A stretch of DNA of 63,140 nt, filler included, from Craspedostauros australis (lineage: Eukaryota): assembly GCA_030167865.1 (NCBI GenBank). It is 11 parts of 11 records of this genome, joined end to end, with 100 filler letters (N's around TTAATTAATTAA, not from the genome) between each part and the next. Parts side by side here need not be neighbours in the genome. Positions count along the whole stretch, not along the records: positions 1 to 20,155 come from JALAGF010002422.1; 10 more parts are not named here. One strand, 5' to 3'. Shown here piece after piece: positions 10,157 through 20,255 of this stretch. The notes under the pieces are model-generated. The model had not been told where the DNA came from and searched no databases. It saw nothing but the letters and a program-made list of their open reading frames with translations. Numbering within the stretch: position 1 is the first letter of the stretch; the number at the start of each line of letters is the position of its first letter. The position numbers were made by a program, and so were the translations under genes.

Positions 10157-12046
10157 CTATAGCTCAACATCTACTTTTAGCTTGGGCTGGACACGGAGGA
10201 GGGGTGGTCGGACGCCGCCGAACTGGCTGATGGTCTGCGGATCGTCGGCATCGTTGTGAACACCGAAGGTGAAGCTGTTGCCGCCCAGCTGGTATCCCGC
10301 GAATCCTTGGAAGTTTCCGAATCCGTCCGGACGCAAGACCGCCACGAGGTCGACGCCGAGATCGACGGATCGCTGACCCGGCTTCTTTTCTTTGGATGTC
10401 GTCTTGGCCACTTGCTTCGTTCGCTTGATCTTGGCCTCCGGACCGTCCGCGAATGCCATAACCTCGTCCGTGAGCTGCACCTTCATCTCGTCGCATGGCT
10501 TGACCTTGGTGAGGCTCAGGGATGGGACCTGGAGGTCGTCCATGGTGGTTTCGAATGAGAAGGAGACGGCCCGCATGATGGCGGCGTTCTCACTGGGTGC
10601 CTGCTCAGCGGGCACGTCGAGCTTCTTGAGCAGCTGGGCCTTGAATCGCTTCATGGTGGATTTCTGCAGGTTGGTGACCTGGTCCGCAAAGACGTCGCAA
10701 ATGCCATCCTCGACGAGAGATTCCAGCTGCGTTCTCATCTCCAAACGGTATTCTGCGACGAGCGGGAGACCAGCCGCGACGAGAGTCTCGGAATCGAAGC
10801 TGGACAAACACCTCTTGAGCAGCGTCTCGGCGTCCTGACCGAATTTATCCACCGTGAGGCCCCGCGACACGCGACTTCTCCACGATGCGATCTTCGCTCT
10901 GGCACTGCGCGCTTGTTTGTTGTAGGCATTGCCGATATCCAGGAATGCCTGGGCGATGTGCGGAGGATCGAGCGCGACGGAAGCGATGCCCGATTCGCGG
11001 ACTCTCTCATGTGCCTCTTGCAGGGTGGTTGCAAGCGTGGTTCCAGAGTCTGAAGAAGCAGCGGTGGACTGGGCCATGGCCACGACCTGCAGCATGAACG
11101 CCAGCGTCATTGTCATCATCAACATTGTACATGATCCAAATAAGGGACAAATGGATGCGATGCAATGCGCAGGCCATGCCACATGGCATGATAAACGCAT
11201 CAGACGAAATAGAAAAGGATTTGAGAGAACGTGTGAGATGGTGACATCCAAACGAACATCACATGTTGGTGGCTGGTTTGATGCATGCATCCATCATCCA
11301 ACTTGGTTGAGAGCATCATCGGCGCTCGCATCAAAGTGGTCTGAACATCTAAAATTGGACATTCTGTGCATAGCGCATGTTCTCCACCTGCACAAATTAG
11401 AAAAAGCGCACAAATCATGCCATCGACAAGTTGAAATCGAAGATGCAACCACACTGACCTCGTTGGCTTCCTCGGCCGATGTGACGGAGGCGAACTGCAC
11501 ATCGTACATGTCCTCGAAGACGGCTGATCCATCCGTCTCCACCGCGGTGGCCTCAAAGAGGGAGCGGACTTCACCCTGCAGCACGGAGCGCACATCATCG
11601 GTGATGGGCCCCTTGGCCACCAGCACCAAGGTCTGCTTGCTGCCCGACATGAGGGCGATGCGCGCGCGAAAGAGGGCCGTCAGAGTGCGCGCATGACGCG
11701 AGTTGCTCCATCCCGATTCGATATCACCCTCCGTGATGCCATCCACGATCACGGCGCCGGAAACGAGGGACGTGGTGGCCAAGGAATTGCGTTCCGCTGT
11801 GGATGTGCCGCTCAGGGTGGCTCCGCGGCACGTGAGGCAAGGCGGGTTCTCCGTCTCCAACGACAGGACGTCCGAGGAGGATGTGAGGAAGGAGGAGGTG
11901 CCGGGACTGCTGATGATGGAGACGACGCCTTGGTCCGTGGTGATGGTGGGGATCTTCAGCCGGAGGTTGCCGCTGGTGTCCATCAGCAGGGTGCCTGCCG
12001 AGGCGGCCGAAGCCAGCAGGGAGAGGATTGCCAATCGGAACTGCAT
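10157..12046 (-). CDS. Two-exon signal-peptide protein of unknown function, join(12046..11459, 11086..10157), 505 aa
   Basis: Signal peptide MQFRLAILSLLASAASA. GTCAGT donor at 11458 and TGCAG acceptor at 11087 join two track ORFs in frame (EEANE|VVAMAQ). Conserved-looking C-terminus RPDGFGNFQGFAGY...LLRVQPKLKVDVEL. Confidence 0.8.
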
Positions 12047-12787
12047 CGTGGTATGTATTGCTCGCTCTGTGTGCGACTCAATGCGCTTCTGTTGCGATGG
12101 TGATGGTTGTGTGTATGTATGGTGCTTGTTTGTATGGTGCTCGTGTGTATGGTACTAGCACGGATAGAGTGGCTTCCGTTCTCGGTTGGACAGCAGGGAT
12201 GTGGGTGTTGGCGACAATGAGGATGATGGCGTCTTGTGGACATCACACGAGATGGGTGATTGCGGTTGCGATTGCGCCGATGTTGATGTTGTTGTGGTTG
12301 GCTTTTTCTGTGCGTGATATTCCACGTGTCCGGATACCTCAGTCGAAGAGGTCGAAGATTCGCGTCGGTCGGATGCCAGACGAAAATGATGATGGAGGAA
12401 TTGACCTCGTCAGATCGTTGCCACACAACATCCTCAATTGTAAGCTCAGTCATGGATCTTGAAGGTGAAACGTAAGCTAGTTACTCTTTGCAAAGCTTCC
12501 AATATTGCGTGGTTGCATCGGTTTAAAACGATGTCGACTATTGAGCTTGGCTCGTGTCATGGCGATGTGATACTCCAGGCGTATCTGTTCTGATGAGGCG
12601 ACGACAAGTCTCATCATCGACCATTGTTCTCTCCTTCTATGCGACGACTGCTGCTGTTCGTGGTGATGCCGGCGCGAATAACAGCGATGCGCCTCCCGTG
12701 GAATCTCATCAAATCCACTGACCGCTCGACAGCAGTTCGCAGGTCATGTTGCTCGGCACATCAAGCATGATTCGGGGCTCCATTGCT

Positions 12788-13330
12788 TCACAGCCTGTCC
12801 AGGAATTCCACCGGATACCAACCCACAGATCGGACGTTGCCATCCTTGTCGACGCTGCGGCACAGATGATAGGCCTCGCGAGGTCCCACCGACTCCTCCA
12901 TCACTTCCACCTCGTCACCCACACGAATGCCGCGCAGCATCTTCACTCCATCCAAGCTCGCGTCGATCAATTTCACCTTGCACACAAATCGGGTGGGCAC
13001 ATCCATCTCCCATTCGGTCTTGTTGAAGTCGTCGGCCTCCTGCTGCATGGCATCCAGAATGCGAGAGCGTTCGGCGCGTTCCTGTTCCTGCTGGTACTGC
13101 AAGGCCTGGTCGATGGCGACGAGACCCAGCAGGGTCCATCCCAAGCCGATCAGCAGGTTGCCGCGTCGTGGTGATGCGGGATCGGATGACGCAGAGGTGA
13201 GGGATCGCTGCGGCATGCGCGTGGTGCATCGCTGTGCGCAGGGATATCCTTCCTGCCCAGAAGCAATCCGGCACGATCGTCGTGTCATGCGCAGCTGCCG
13301 ACCGGCAATATGGGATGCTCGTGAGAACAT
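12788..13330 (-). CDS. Small single-pass membrane protein with a probable mitochondrial presequence and a C-terminal SH3-like domain
   Basis: Arg-rich N-terminus MFSRASHIAGRQLRMTRR, TM segment LLIGLGWTLLGLVAID, short coiled coil, then VGDEVEVMEE...VGWYPVEFL (SH3-like GWxP motif). Confidence 0.65.
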   Translation of the reverse strand: MFSRASHIAGRQLRMTRRSCRIASGQEGYPCAQRCTTRMPQRSLTSASSDPASPRRGNLLIGLGWTLLGLVAIDQALQYQQEQERAERSRILDAMQQEADDFNKTEWEMDVPTRFVCKVKLIDASLDGVKMLRGIRVGDEVEVMEESVGPREAYHLCRSVDKDGNVRSVGWYPVEFLDRL

Positions 13331-13799
13331 GATTTGGGCAGTTGCGATGGTGGTGGAATTCGTGCTCCGCAGTGTATTGGTGCAATGAACCAGTATGTGA
13401 GACTGAGGTATGTATTGTATTGTATTATGGTGCGGTCTGAGAGGCTTGCTTGCAGATCCAGCCATGAGCTCAGATGGAGAAGCATGTGGCCGTGTTGAGT
13501 GGTGGTTCCTCTTGTTGTTGTTGTTGTTGCGTTCCGTGTTTTGGAGTTTGCGTTTCGATTTTGGTCTGATTTGTGTTCTCTTCTTTCTGCGTCATTTTTC
13601 GATGGAGAAGTGGTCGTATGAGTCGCAATTCCTTGATAGATTCACGTGATTTGACTGTTTCTGCGGGATTGGAAACATGAGCATCATGACATCAACGCAA
13701 TCAAGCAGGTTCGGTTTCGTGACGCGGTTCTGGTTGTTGCGTCTTCCGGTGCTGTTTTTCTTCTTCCTCCATCTTCCTGTCTTTGTTTCTCCCCCCATG

Positions 13800-13872
13800 A
13801 CACCGCACCACACCATCACATCACCACACCATCACATCACCACACCATCACATCACATCACATCACGTCACC
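13800..13872 (+). repeat. Imperfect (CACCA/CATCA)n microsatellite
   Basis: Repeated cacca/catca units visible in the sequence. Confidence 0.7.
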
Positions 13873-14134
13873 CATGTCGGTCGTGGGCGGGGAACCTCTG
13901 TCGTTGTGGTGATGACCGTGAATGTTCATCTGCTGCATTTGGAAGAGATTGCGACTGTGGCTCTATCTCTCACATCTTCACAACAGAGGACCGACGCATC
14001 AGAATCGGCAGCAACCGCAGCAATAGTAACCACGAAGCACCACGAAGCACCACAGCGCATACATCCATAGAGACTTGCGGGCAGAGTAGACAGAGGTGCC
14101 CAACACAAAAGCAACAATTACAAAACAAACGATC

Positions 14135-15005
14135 ATGACCCACGCATACTCCACCATCCTGTCTCCAAGAGTCGCTGACAAAGTGGCCGTTGGAACTGTG
14201 CAGATCCTCGAGAGCCCGCACGTCAGCGAGGGCCCCGGACGCATAGCCAATGCTCCGGTTCCATCCGTATTTGTGAGTCGAGTAGCCCCGTGACTTGCGT
14301 GCCTCCTGGATGCCGTCGTTGTTGCTCAATATCGTCTTGTCATTCTCAATGTCGTCCCTCACGTCATTTTCGTTTCGCAACGATGGCTAACGCTACCATG
14401 TTTCTGCCACAACCATCACTGCGACAACATACAAACAAACAAACAAACAAACAAACAAATACCACCACTGCCACCACCAACAACAACAGCACGATGACAG
14501 AGGATCGATACATCGATTAAAGGTCGGCAATCAACGCATCAACTTATCATTCTCCGGCGAAGGCGTCATGAGGTCAGGGTACTTTCACAACCTGGAAAAG
14601 AGCGTCAGCGTGTTGTCTGGCGAAGTGGAGATCTGGTTGCTGAAGGATGACGTGACGGACAAGATACAGCTGAAGAATCATCAGAGCTTCGCGATTCGAC
14701 CGTACGTTCCGCACATCTTCCATTTTCCATCCGGCGGCGCTGTGCTCGCGGAGTGGTGGGAACCATCCTCCACAACCGATCTGCAATGTTGGTTCTATCA
14801 TCCCTACCGTCGCATTGTCGACGTGCAGAATTCCTTGGTGTCGAGAAGCACTGGCCATCATGCGCTGTTGGTTCCGCAAGACGTGGAGAAATTGTGTCAG
14901 ACCGATGCCGCGCAACCGAGTGTCTTCCGGGGCTTTCTGTCGTGGACGACTGGTCTCGTGATGGGCGTTGCGATTGGAGCCGTAGTGACATCGAGGCATA
15001 GATGA
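14135..15005 (+). CDS. Two-exon RmlC-like cupin protein with a C-terminal membrane anchor, join(14135..14272, 14490..15005)
   Basis: GTGAGT donor at 14273 and CAG acceptor at 14489 give in-frame PSVF|HDDRGSIHRL. Cupin motifs RSGYFHNLEKSVSVLSGEVEIW and IRPYVPHIFHF. C-terminal TM WTTGLVMGVAIGAVV. The intron contains (AAAC)n. Confidence 0.7.
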
Positions 15006-15461
15006 GACGGGCATTGTTCGTCTGTTGGAGATTGCATATGTACGCGATGGTAGATGGAGAAGACGGCGGCAGTGAGCAATGTCGAGATCCATATTGTTTT
15101 AAGGTCTTGTGTGGAAAGCGAGTGTTGCACAACATCATAAACATCCGGCACACAATGTGCAACCTGGAGGACGTACCTCCACTGCAACCAAGGTTTCGCA
15201 TGCCCATACGGACATGTGCGTGAGAAAAAAGATAGTAGGAACGGCCTGGACATCGCCACTTCGATAGGCCATGTATGTGGCCATCAAACTGGAGCAATGC
15301 ACCAACACACATAGAGTGGAGGACGTTGCATGATAGGACGTTTACATTAAATACGATAGAAAGACGGAACGAGTCCATCAACTGAGAGCGAAGGAGAACA
15401 CTTGCAAGGCATTGAAATTGACTACTATGATGTGTATGTTGGAAACTGATTCTGCGAGTGC

Positions 15462-16865
15462 TCAGTATCGAGGCATCTGAGTGTCCACGTCTTTCTGCCA
15501 TCTCATGATGCCGCCATCCAAATTCCAAAGGCGGTTGGCGTCGACTCCAAGCTCAATGAGACGGTTGCACGCCTTCTTGCCTCTGACGCCAGCCTTGCAG
15601 TACACCAGCACGTCACCATCCTTGGGGATATCGTGAAGGCCCACAGTACGATGCGGCGACACCTTGTCCGTGAATGGCAGCTGGACGATGTCGTTCTCCG
15701 TTTGCAACCGGACGTCCAGCACCCATGGCGACCAGCCGTCGCTCAGCTTCTCCAGGCATTCCTTCGGTTGGACGGAATGAAACTCTGGTCCCGTCACTGT
15801 TGTGTCATCCGTGGCATCCTCCGCCTCATCCATCGTGCGCCCTTGTGTCGCGGACGCTGTTGTCGGTGCATCGGCCGCCTTTGCCTTGTGCCCCGCACAA
15901 AATCCCTGATAATCAATCAACTCCGTGATGACCTCACGATCCGGCTGACGGCTCAATCCAACGTCGTTGAACTTCATGGACATGGCATCGAAGGTGAGAA
16001 CGCGGCCGCTCAGCAACCCTTCCTTGCGCCCGAGGATGTACTTGATGACTTCCGTCGCTTGCAAACACCCCATGGTGCCCGGTAGCACACCCAGGACGCC
16101 ACCTTCGGCGCAGCTCGGCACATCACCGGGTGGCGGAGGCGTGGGCAGCATGTCGCGGTAGTTTGGACCGGTGCCGTCCAGATTGAAGAACGCGACCTGC
16201 CCTTCAAATGCCAAGATGGCGGAATAGACCCACGGCACGCCAATGATATCGCAGACATCGTTGATCAAGTACTTGGTCGGGAAGTTGTCGGACCCATCCA
16301 CGACGACGTCGTATGGATGATTGTCGTCGTCATCATCGTCGAATCCATTTCCCACGATGCGCATAGCCGACGCGGCCGTGAATTCTTCTTCGTAGGTGCG
16401 CACTTGGACGAGGGGATTGATATCTTCGATGCGTCGCTTGGCCGATTCGCATTTGGAGACATCGATCGTGCTGGTGCCGTGGATGATCTGACGTTGCAGA
16501 TTGGAGGCATCGACCGTATCGGCATCGACGATCCCGATCTTGCCTACGCCGGCGGCTGCCAGATACAGCAAGCACGGGCTGCCCAGACCGCCGGCGCCGA
16601 TGACCAGGACGGACGCGTCCTTCAGCGCCTTTTGACCTGCCATGCCGACGTCGGATAAGACGAGATGTCTGGAGTATCGTGAGATTTCTTCATTGGTGAA
16701 GGGTGCCGATGCAAACAGCGTAGTTGTTGTTGTTGTTGTTGCTGTTGCTGCGCGGCGCCGTGGCTGTTGCTGCGGTGATGGGATCCAACCAGACGCCAAT
16801 GGCATCATCAGCATCCAGGCAGCAGCAACAATGGCTGTGGCTGTCATGATAGTGGACGATGGCAT
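15462..16865 (-). CDS. moeB: MoeB/ThiF/MOCS3-type adenylyltransferase fused to a rhodanese domain, with a plastid bipartite presequence
   Basis: RYSRHLVL, VLVIGAGGLGSP, DASNLQRQIIH, DGSDNFPTKYLIND, PSCAEGGVLGVLPG. Rhodanese LDVR...VYCKAGVRG...NLDGGI. Signal peptide ends in ASG-W, followed by a Thr/Arg-rich transit peptide. Confidence 0.9.
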   Translation of the reverse strand: MPSSTIMTATAIVAAAWMLMMPLASGWIPSPQQQPRRRAATATTTTTTTLFASAPFTNEEISRYSRHLVLSDVGMAGQKALKDASVLVIGAGGLGSPCLLYLAAAGVGKIGIVDADTVDASNLQRQIIHGTSTIDVSKCESAKRRIEDINPLVQVRTYEEEFTAASAMRIVGNGFDDDDDDNHPYDVVVDGSDNFPTKYLINDVCDIIGVPWVYSAILAFEGQVAFFNLDGTGPNYRDMLPTPPPPGDVPSCAEGGVLGVLPGTMGCLQATEVIKYILGRKEGLLSGRVLTFDAMSMKFNDVGLSRQPDREVITELIDYQGFCAGHKAKAADAPTTASATQGRTMDEAEDATDDTTVTGPEFHSVQPKECLEKLSDGWSPWVLDVRLQTENDIVQLPFTDKVSPHRTVGLHDIPKDGDVLVYCKAGVRGKKACNRLIELGVDANRLWNLDGGIMRWQKDVDTQMPRY

Positions 16866-17437
16866 CTTTCAATCACTGAGTGATTCACTTCTATATCCTT
16901 CGTTGATGAGCCTGCGGATGTGCTCCATGCAAGAGACTGCGATGGAATTATGTGACAGGATGAAGGCTTGCTGCCCATCGACTTCCCCTCTTCGGAATGC
17001 TCGTGTGGTGTTGTGTTGTGTTGTGTTGAATTGTGTTGGTTTGAGTTTGGGTTTGGTGGACTGACATGCGTTTGTGTTGTTTTCGGAGGTGTCAAATCGA
17101 AGATCTCGAGTCACGTGTGTCAGTCAGTAGGCCTTGGCAGTCTATCATATCAAATCTAGAGAATCTCGATGGAACGCAATGGGGAAAAGTGAAACACAAT
17201 TTCGCTTCTCTCCCAAGAGAGTTGGAGGTGATCAGGCTGATACTGTGTCGAAAGAGCAATACCGCACTTGATTGTTGCATAACGAGTTCTATAACGCAAT
17301 TGAACTTAAAATGGTTGTCGGGACGGAGCAAGGGAGTGTTTTACGATGTTGTGCATTGCGGTGGATGGTTGTGGCGAGAAGCTGGATTGTCAGCCTCATC
17401 TCCATAATCCATTCACCCCGATCGTTCGTTCGTATCT

Positions 17438-18847
17438 TCATTGATCACTCTTCGGCGTCTCCGCAGCGGACGCCGCTACTCGCCGCGCCTTGGCTCTGCT
17501 TGCCTTTTGTGCCTTGCTTCCGGCGGCATCATGGTCGTGATCCCTCGGGGCGGAGGCAGCCCGCTTGCGCGGTGGCGGCAGGAGGCTCGATCCGAGGTAC
17601 CGCCAGAAGAATCCCTTGCAGCTCTTGGTCTTGCCGGAGAGACAGACGGAGACGCTGACCTGCGACGTGCCGATGGCGCGGGCGGCCGCGCTGATGGACG
17701 TGTAGGTGGTGAGGACCCTGCCGGTGTCGTAATCGAGCTGTTCGACGGGTCGGCGGACTTTGGAGGGGTTGCCGGGCGGGATGTCCTGCAGCTGCTGGTA
17801 GAGGACCGCATCGGCCGCCGCTCCCGACTGCCGCTGCATGATGCTGGTGAGCTTTTCGGATCGCAAGGTCTTCCACACGGAGGAATTGCGCTTGTGGTCG
17901 GTGGCGATCTCTAGGGCCCTGTTGTTCCAGAACTCCTTGCCGTAGTTGCTCTTGAAGGGCATCCGGCTGGATCCTTCGTAACGCCAGAAGTACTTGGCGG
18001 CCGTCTCCAGGCGACCTTCGCACACGAGGTAGACCATCCACGGCTCGCATCCCGCCGCCTTGGCAGCATCGTAGATGGAATCATGGTCCCCGAGGAAGAC
18101 TCCGACCTTCGTGTCAACACGTTGGACTCGTTTCCCCTTGGCGCGATCCGGGATGTCGTCGTTGGTCATGGTGGTGGCGGCAGGAGCAGACTTGGATGGC
18201 TCGGTCGGAAGCTCCTCCGCGTGAGATAGCTCCGACGAATCCGCCGTGTCGCTGGTCGACTCGTGGCCGTCATCATCGTTTGGCACATGGCCGCCGTTGG
18301 TGCTTGGTCGTCTGGCCTTGGCTTTTGCTGCAGGGGCGGCGCGTGATTTAGCGTGGGGCTTTGATGTCGCGCTGTCACTGCCATCGTCAAAGCGCGGAGC
18401 AGGCGGTGAGGGTGAAACCGGCGCCGTCTGTCGGCTCGTTGACGCAGACCTGCTCGCATGCTGACCCTTGTGGAGTTTGGGTCGCTTCGATAGGCTGTCG
18501 TCGTAGGATACGGTCCGACGCTTCCCATCAGGAGACGACGCTGTCGCTGTGGATGTCGAAGCCGCAACATCGCGATCATCCGCAGCGCATGACGGCGACT
18601 TGGCCTGCCTGTCCATCGTCTTGACAGTCCTTGACTTGGGCGTGGATGGCGAGACGATCTTGGGCTGCGTCTTCTCCTTCATTTTGGTGGCCTTGCGAGA
18701 ACTGATGGATCCGTTGCTGCTGGAGACGGAGGAGTTGGAGGAGACCGAGGGGGTCGAATCTCCCTTGACTCCCCTCGTGGGGCTTTGCGCAGAACGTCTC
18801 GATGCGTGCGTCGTGGCAGAGGCCTGGGTTCCGGCTTTCTTCTTCAT
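17438..18847 (-). CDS. Probable nuclear DNA-binding protein with two NUMOD1/IENR1-like helix-turn-helix modules
   Basis: Repeats KRVQRVDTKVGVFLGDHDSIYDAAKAAG...VCEGRLETAAKYFWRY and RPVEQLDYDTGRVLTTYTSISAAARAIG...CLSGKTKSCKGFFWRY; basic, disordered N-terminus. Confidence 0.75.
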   Translation of the reverse strand: MKKKAGTQASATTHASRRSAQSPTRGVKGDSTPSVSSNSSVSSSNGSISSRKATKMKEKTQPKIVSPSTPKSRTVKTMDRQAKSPSCAADDRDVAASTSTATASSPDGKRRTVSYDDSLSKRPKLHKGQHASRSASTSRQTAPVSPSPPAPRFDDGSDSATSKPHAKSRAAPAAKAKARRPSTNGGHVPNDDDGHESTSDTADSSELSHAEELPTEPSKSAPAATTMTNDDIPDRAKGKRVQRVDTKVGVFLGDHDSIYDAAKAAGCEPWMVYLVCEGRLETAAKYFWRYEGSSRMPFKSNYGKEFWNNRALEIATDHKRNSSVWKTLRSEKLTSIMQRQSGAAADAVLYQQLQDIPPGNPSKVRRPVEQLDYDTGRVLTTYTSISAAARAIGTSQVSVSVCLSGKTKSCKGFFWRYLGSSLLPPPRKRAASAPRDHDHDAAGSKAQKASRAKARRVAASAAETPKSDQ

Positions 18848-19872
18848 GATTGCGCAGCGCGTTGCTCTTACTTTTATGCTTGCTGTCGTTGCTGTCGTTG
18901 CTCTCGTCCGTTGTATTGGTGCTGCGGCGTCCTACTTCTGCGCTGCGCGACTCTTTACTTTGCTATCCTCTATCCGTGGAGAGTACGAGCTATCTTCGCA
19001 CTTGCCTTCTGGAGAGAGAGTGGTGATGCAAGTAGCGGAGAGATAGGAAGATTCAAAGAGGATCGTCTTGACCAGGAGGCGAAGGTATGAGGCTCTGCGA
19101 GACTCCTGCCCTCGGATGTTTGGCTGGCCTGTTGGATTCCTGGTTGCTTGTGTGGGCGTTGACAGAGGTTCCGATTTTGGTTCTTGGCGATTGATTCGCG
19201 CGCTCTCAGTGTTGTGCCATGCAAGAGCCTTCGTTGCGTGTCGTTTGGCTATCGGTGGCAGTGCTCTATCGCACCGTTCTCATGTGTGGGTGATGCGACT
19301 ACGTGCTCTGATCAATCTCTTTATCCGTATACTCGTAGAGTAGACACTCTGCATGTAGTGTTGGCTGCAGTTCCAGAAGAGCGTATTAGTATTCTATGTA
19401 TTGTATTGTATGTATTGTAGGTACGATAGTTGTAGCGCAGCAGCATTCGAGGCCAGCGTCTGATGATGCTGTTGTTTGTTCTTGTGGCTGATTGCCGCTG
19501 CTCAAAGCAGAGGAGGTTTCTCATCGTCTTGGTGTCTCTCCCTTTGTTTGCGCCACATGGCGGGTATTGCACTGTAATTGCCATGTGTGGTGTGTACAAA
19601 CATACTGGTACTGGTACGAGTAGTCGCACGAGTATCGCAGAGGGTGGGTATTCGTGGAGCTGCCAACTGGGAGTTGAGGGAAATATGCATATATGTCATT
19701 TCTATGGAAAATACGTTGTATCACTGTTCTACCAACAAACCCCGTTCGGGTTTGGTTTGTGCTCGTCAGTCCAATGTCGAACGCATACTGTAGTCTGCGA
19801 AAAGGCAGCGCAGCTGTTGACGACACGATGAAGTGATTGTGGCATTCAATAGGATGTGGATCACTCTTGACT

Positions 19873-20155
19873 CTAGTAATTAACTTGGTATGGACTGAAG
19901 CCTCCAGATTGAATAGACAGTTGTGTGAGAAAGGCAATTGTTTTGAACACCTCCTTATGGCGTTCTCTATCTGACCTGTATGTGNTCCCCAAGATCGCCC
20001 ATCTCTTGAATTGCCGATTGATTGTTTCATGGCGCGCACGAGCATTGGACTTAGCTCGTTTGTTCGACTTTGACACATAGCTGGTTGGCTTCAGCACATG
20101 GGGCCCACCATACCCCCCATCGGCCTCAACACATTCTCCCTTCATCAGTCGCTTC
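19873..20155 (-). mobile_element. C-terminal fragment of a PIF/Harbinger/ISL2EU-type DDE transposase (DDE_Tnp_4-like), cut by the contig end
   Basis: GECVEADGGYGG (second catalytic D), RARHETINRQFKRWAIL (catalytic E), then H..VF..IAFLTQL. Confidence 0.8.
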
Positions 20156-20255
20156 NNNNNNNNNNNNNNNNNNNNNNNNNNNNNNNNNNNNNNNNNNNNT
20201 TAATTAATTAANNNNNNNNNNNNNNNNNNNNNNNNNNNNNNNNNNNNNNNNNNNN
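20156..20255. other. Artificial contig-joining linker N44-TTAATTAATTAA-N44. Further copies at 23382-23481, 25675-25774, 27584-27683, 28840-28939, 47787-47886, 56527-56626, 58212-58311, 59486-59585 and 61024-61123
   Basis: Ten identical 100-nt blocks whose core has stop codons in all six frames. Confidence 0.98.

Noticed and set aside
20200..20211. Recurring palindromic TTAATTAATTAA, and ORFs ending in 'LIN' or X runs
   Set aside because: Artificial six-frame-stop linker between contigs, not a biological repeat or CRISPR array.
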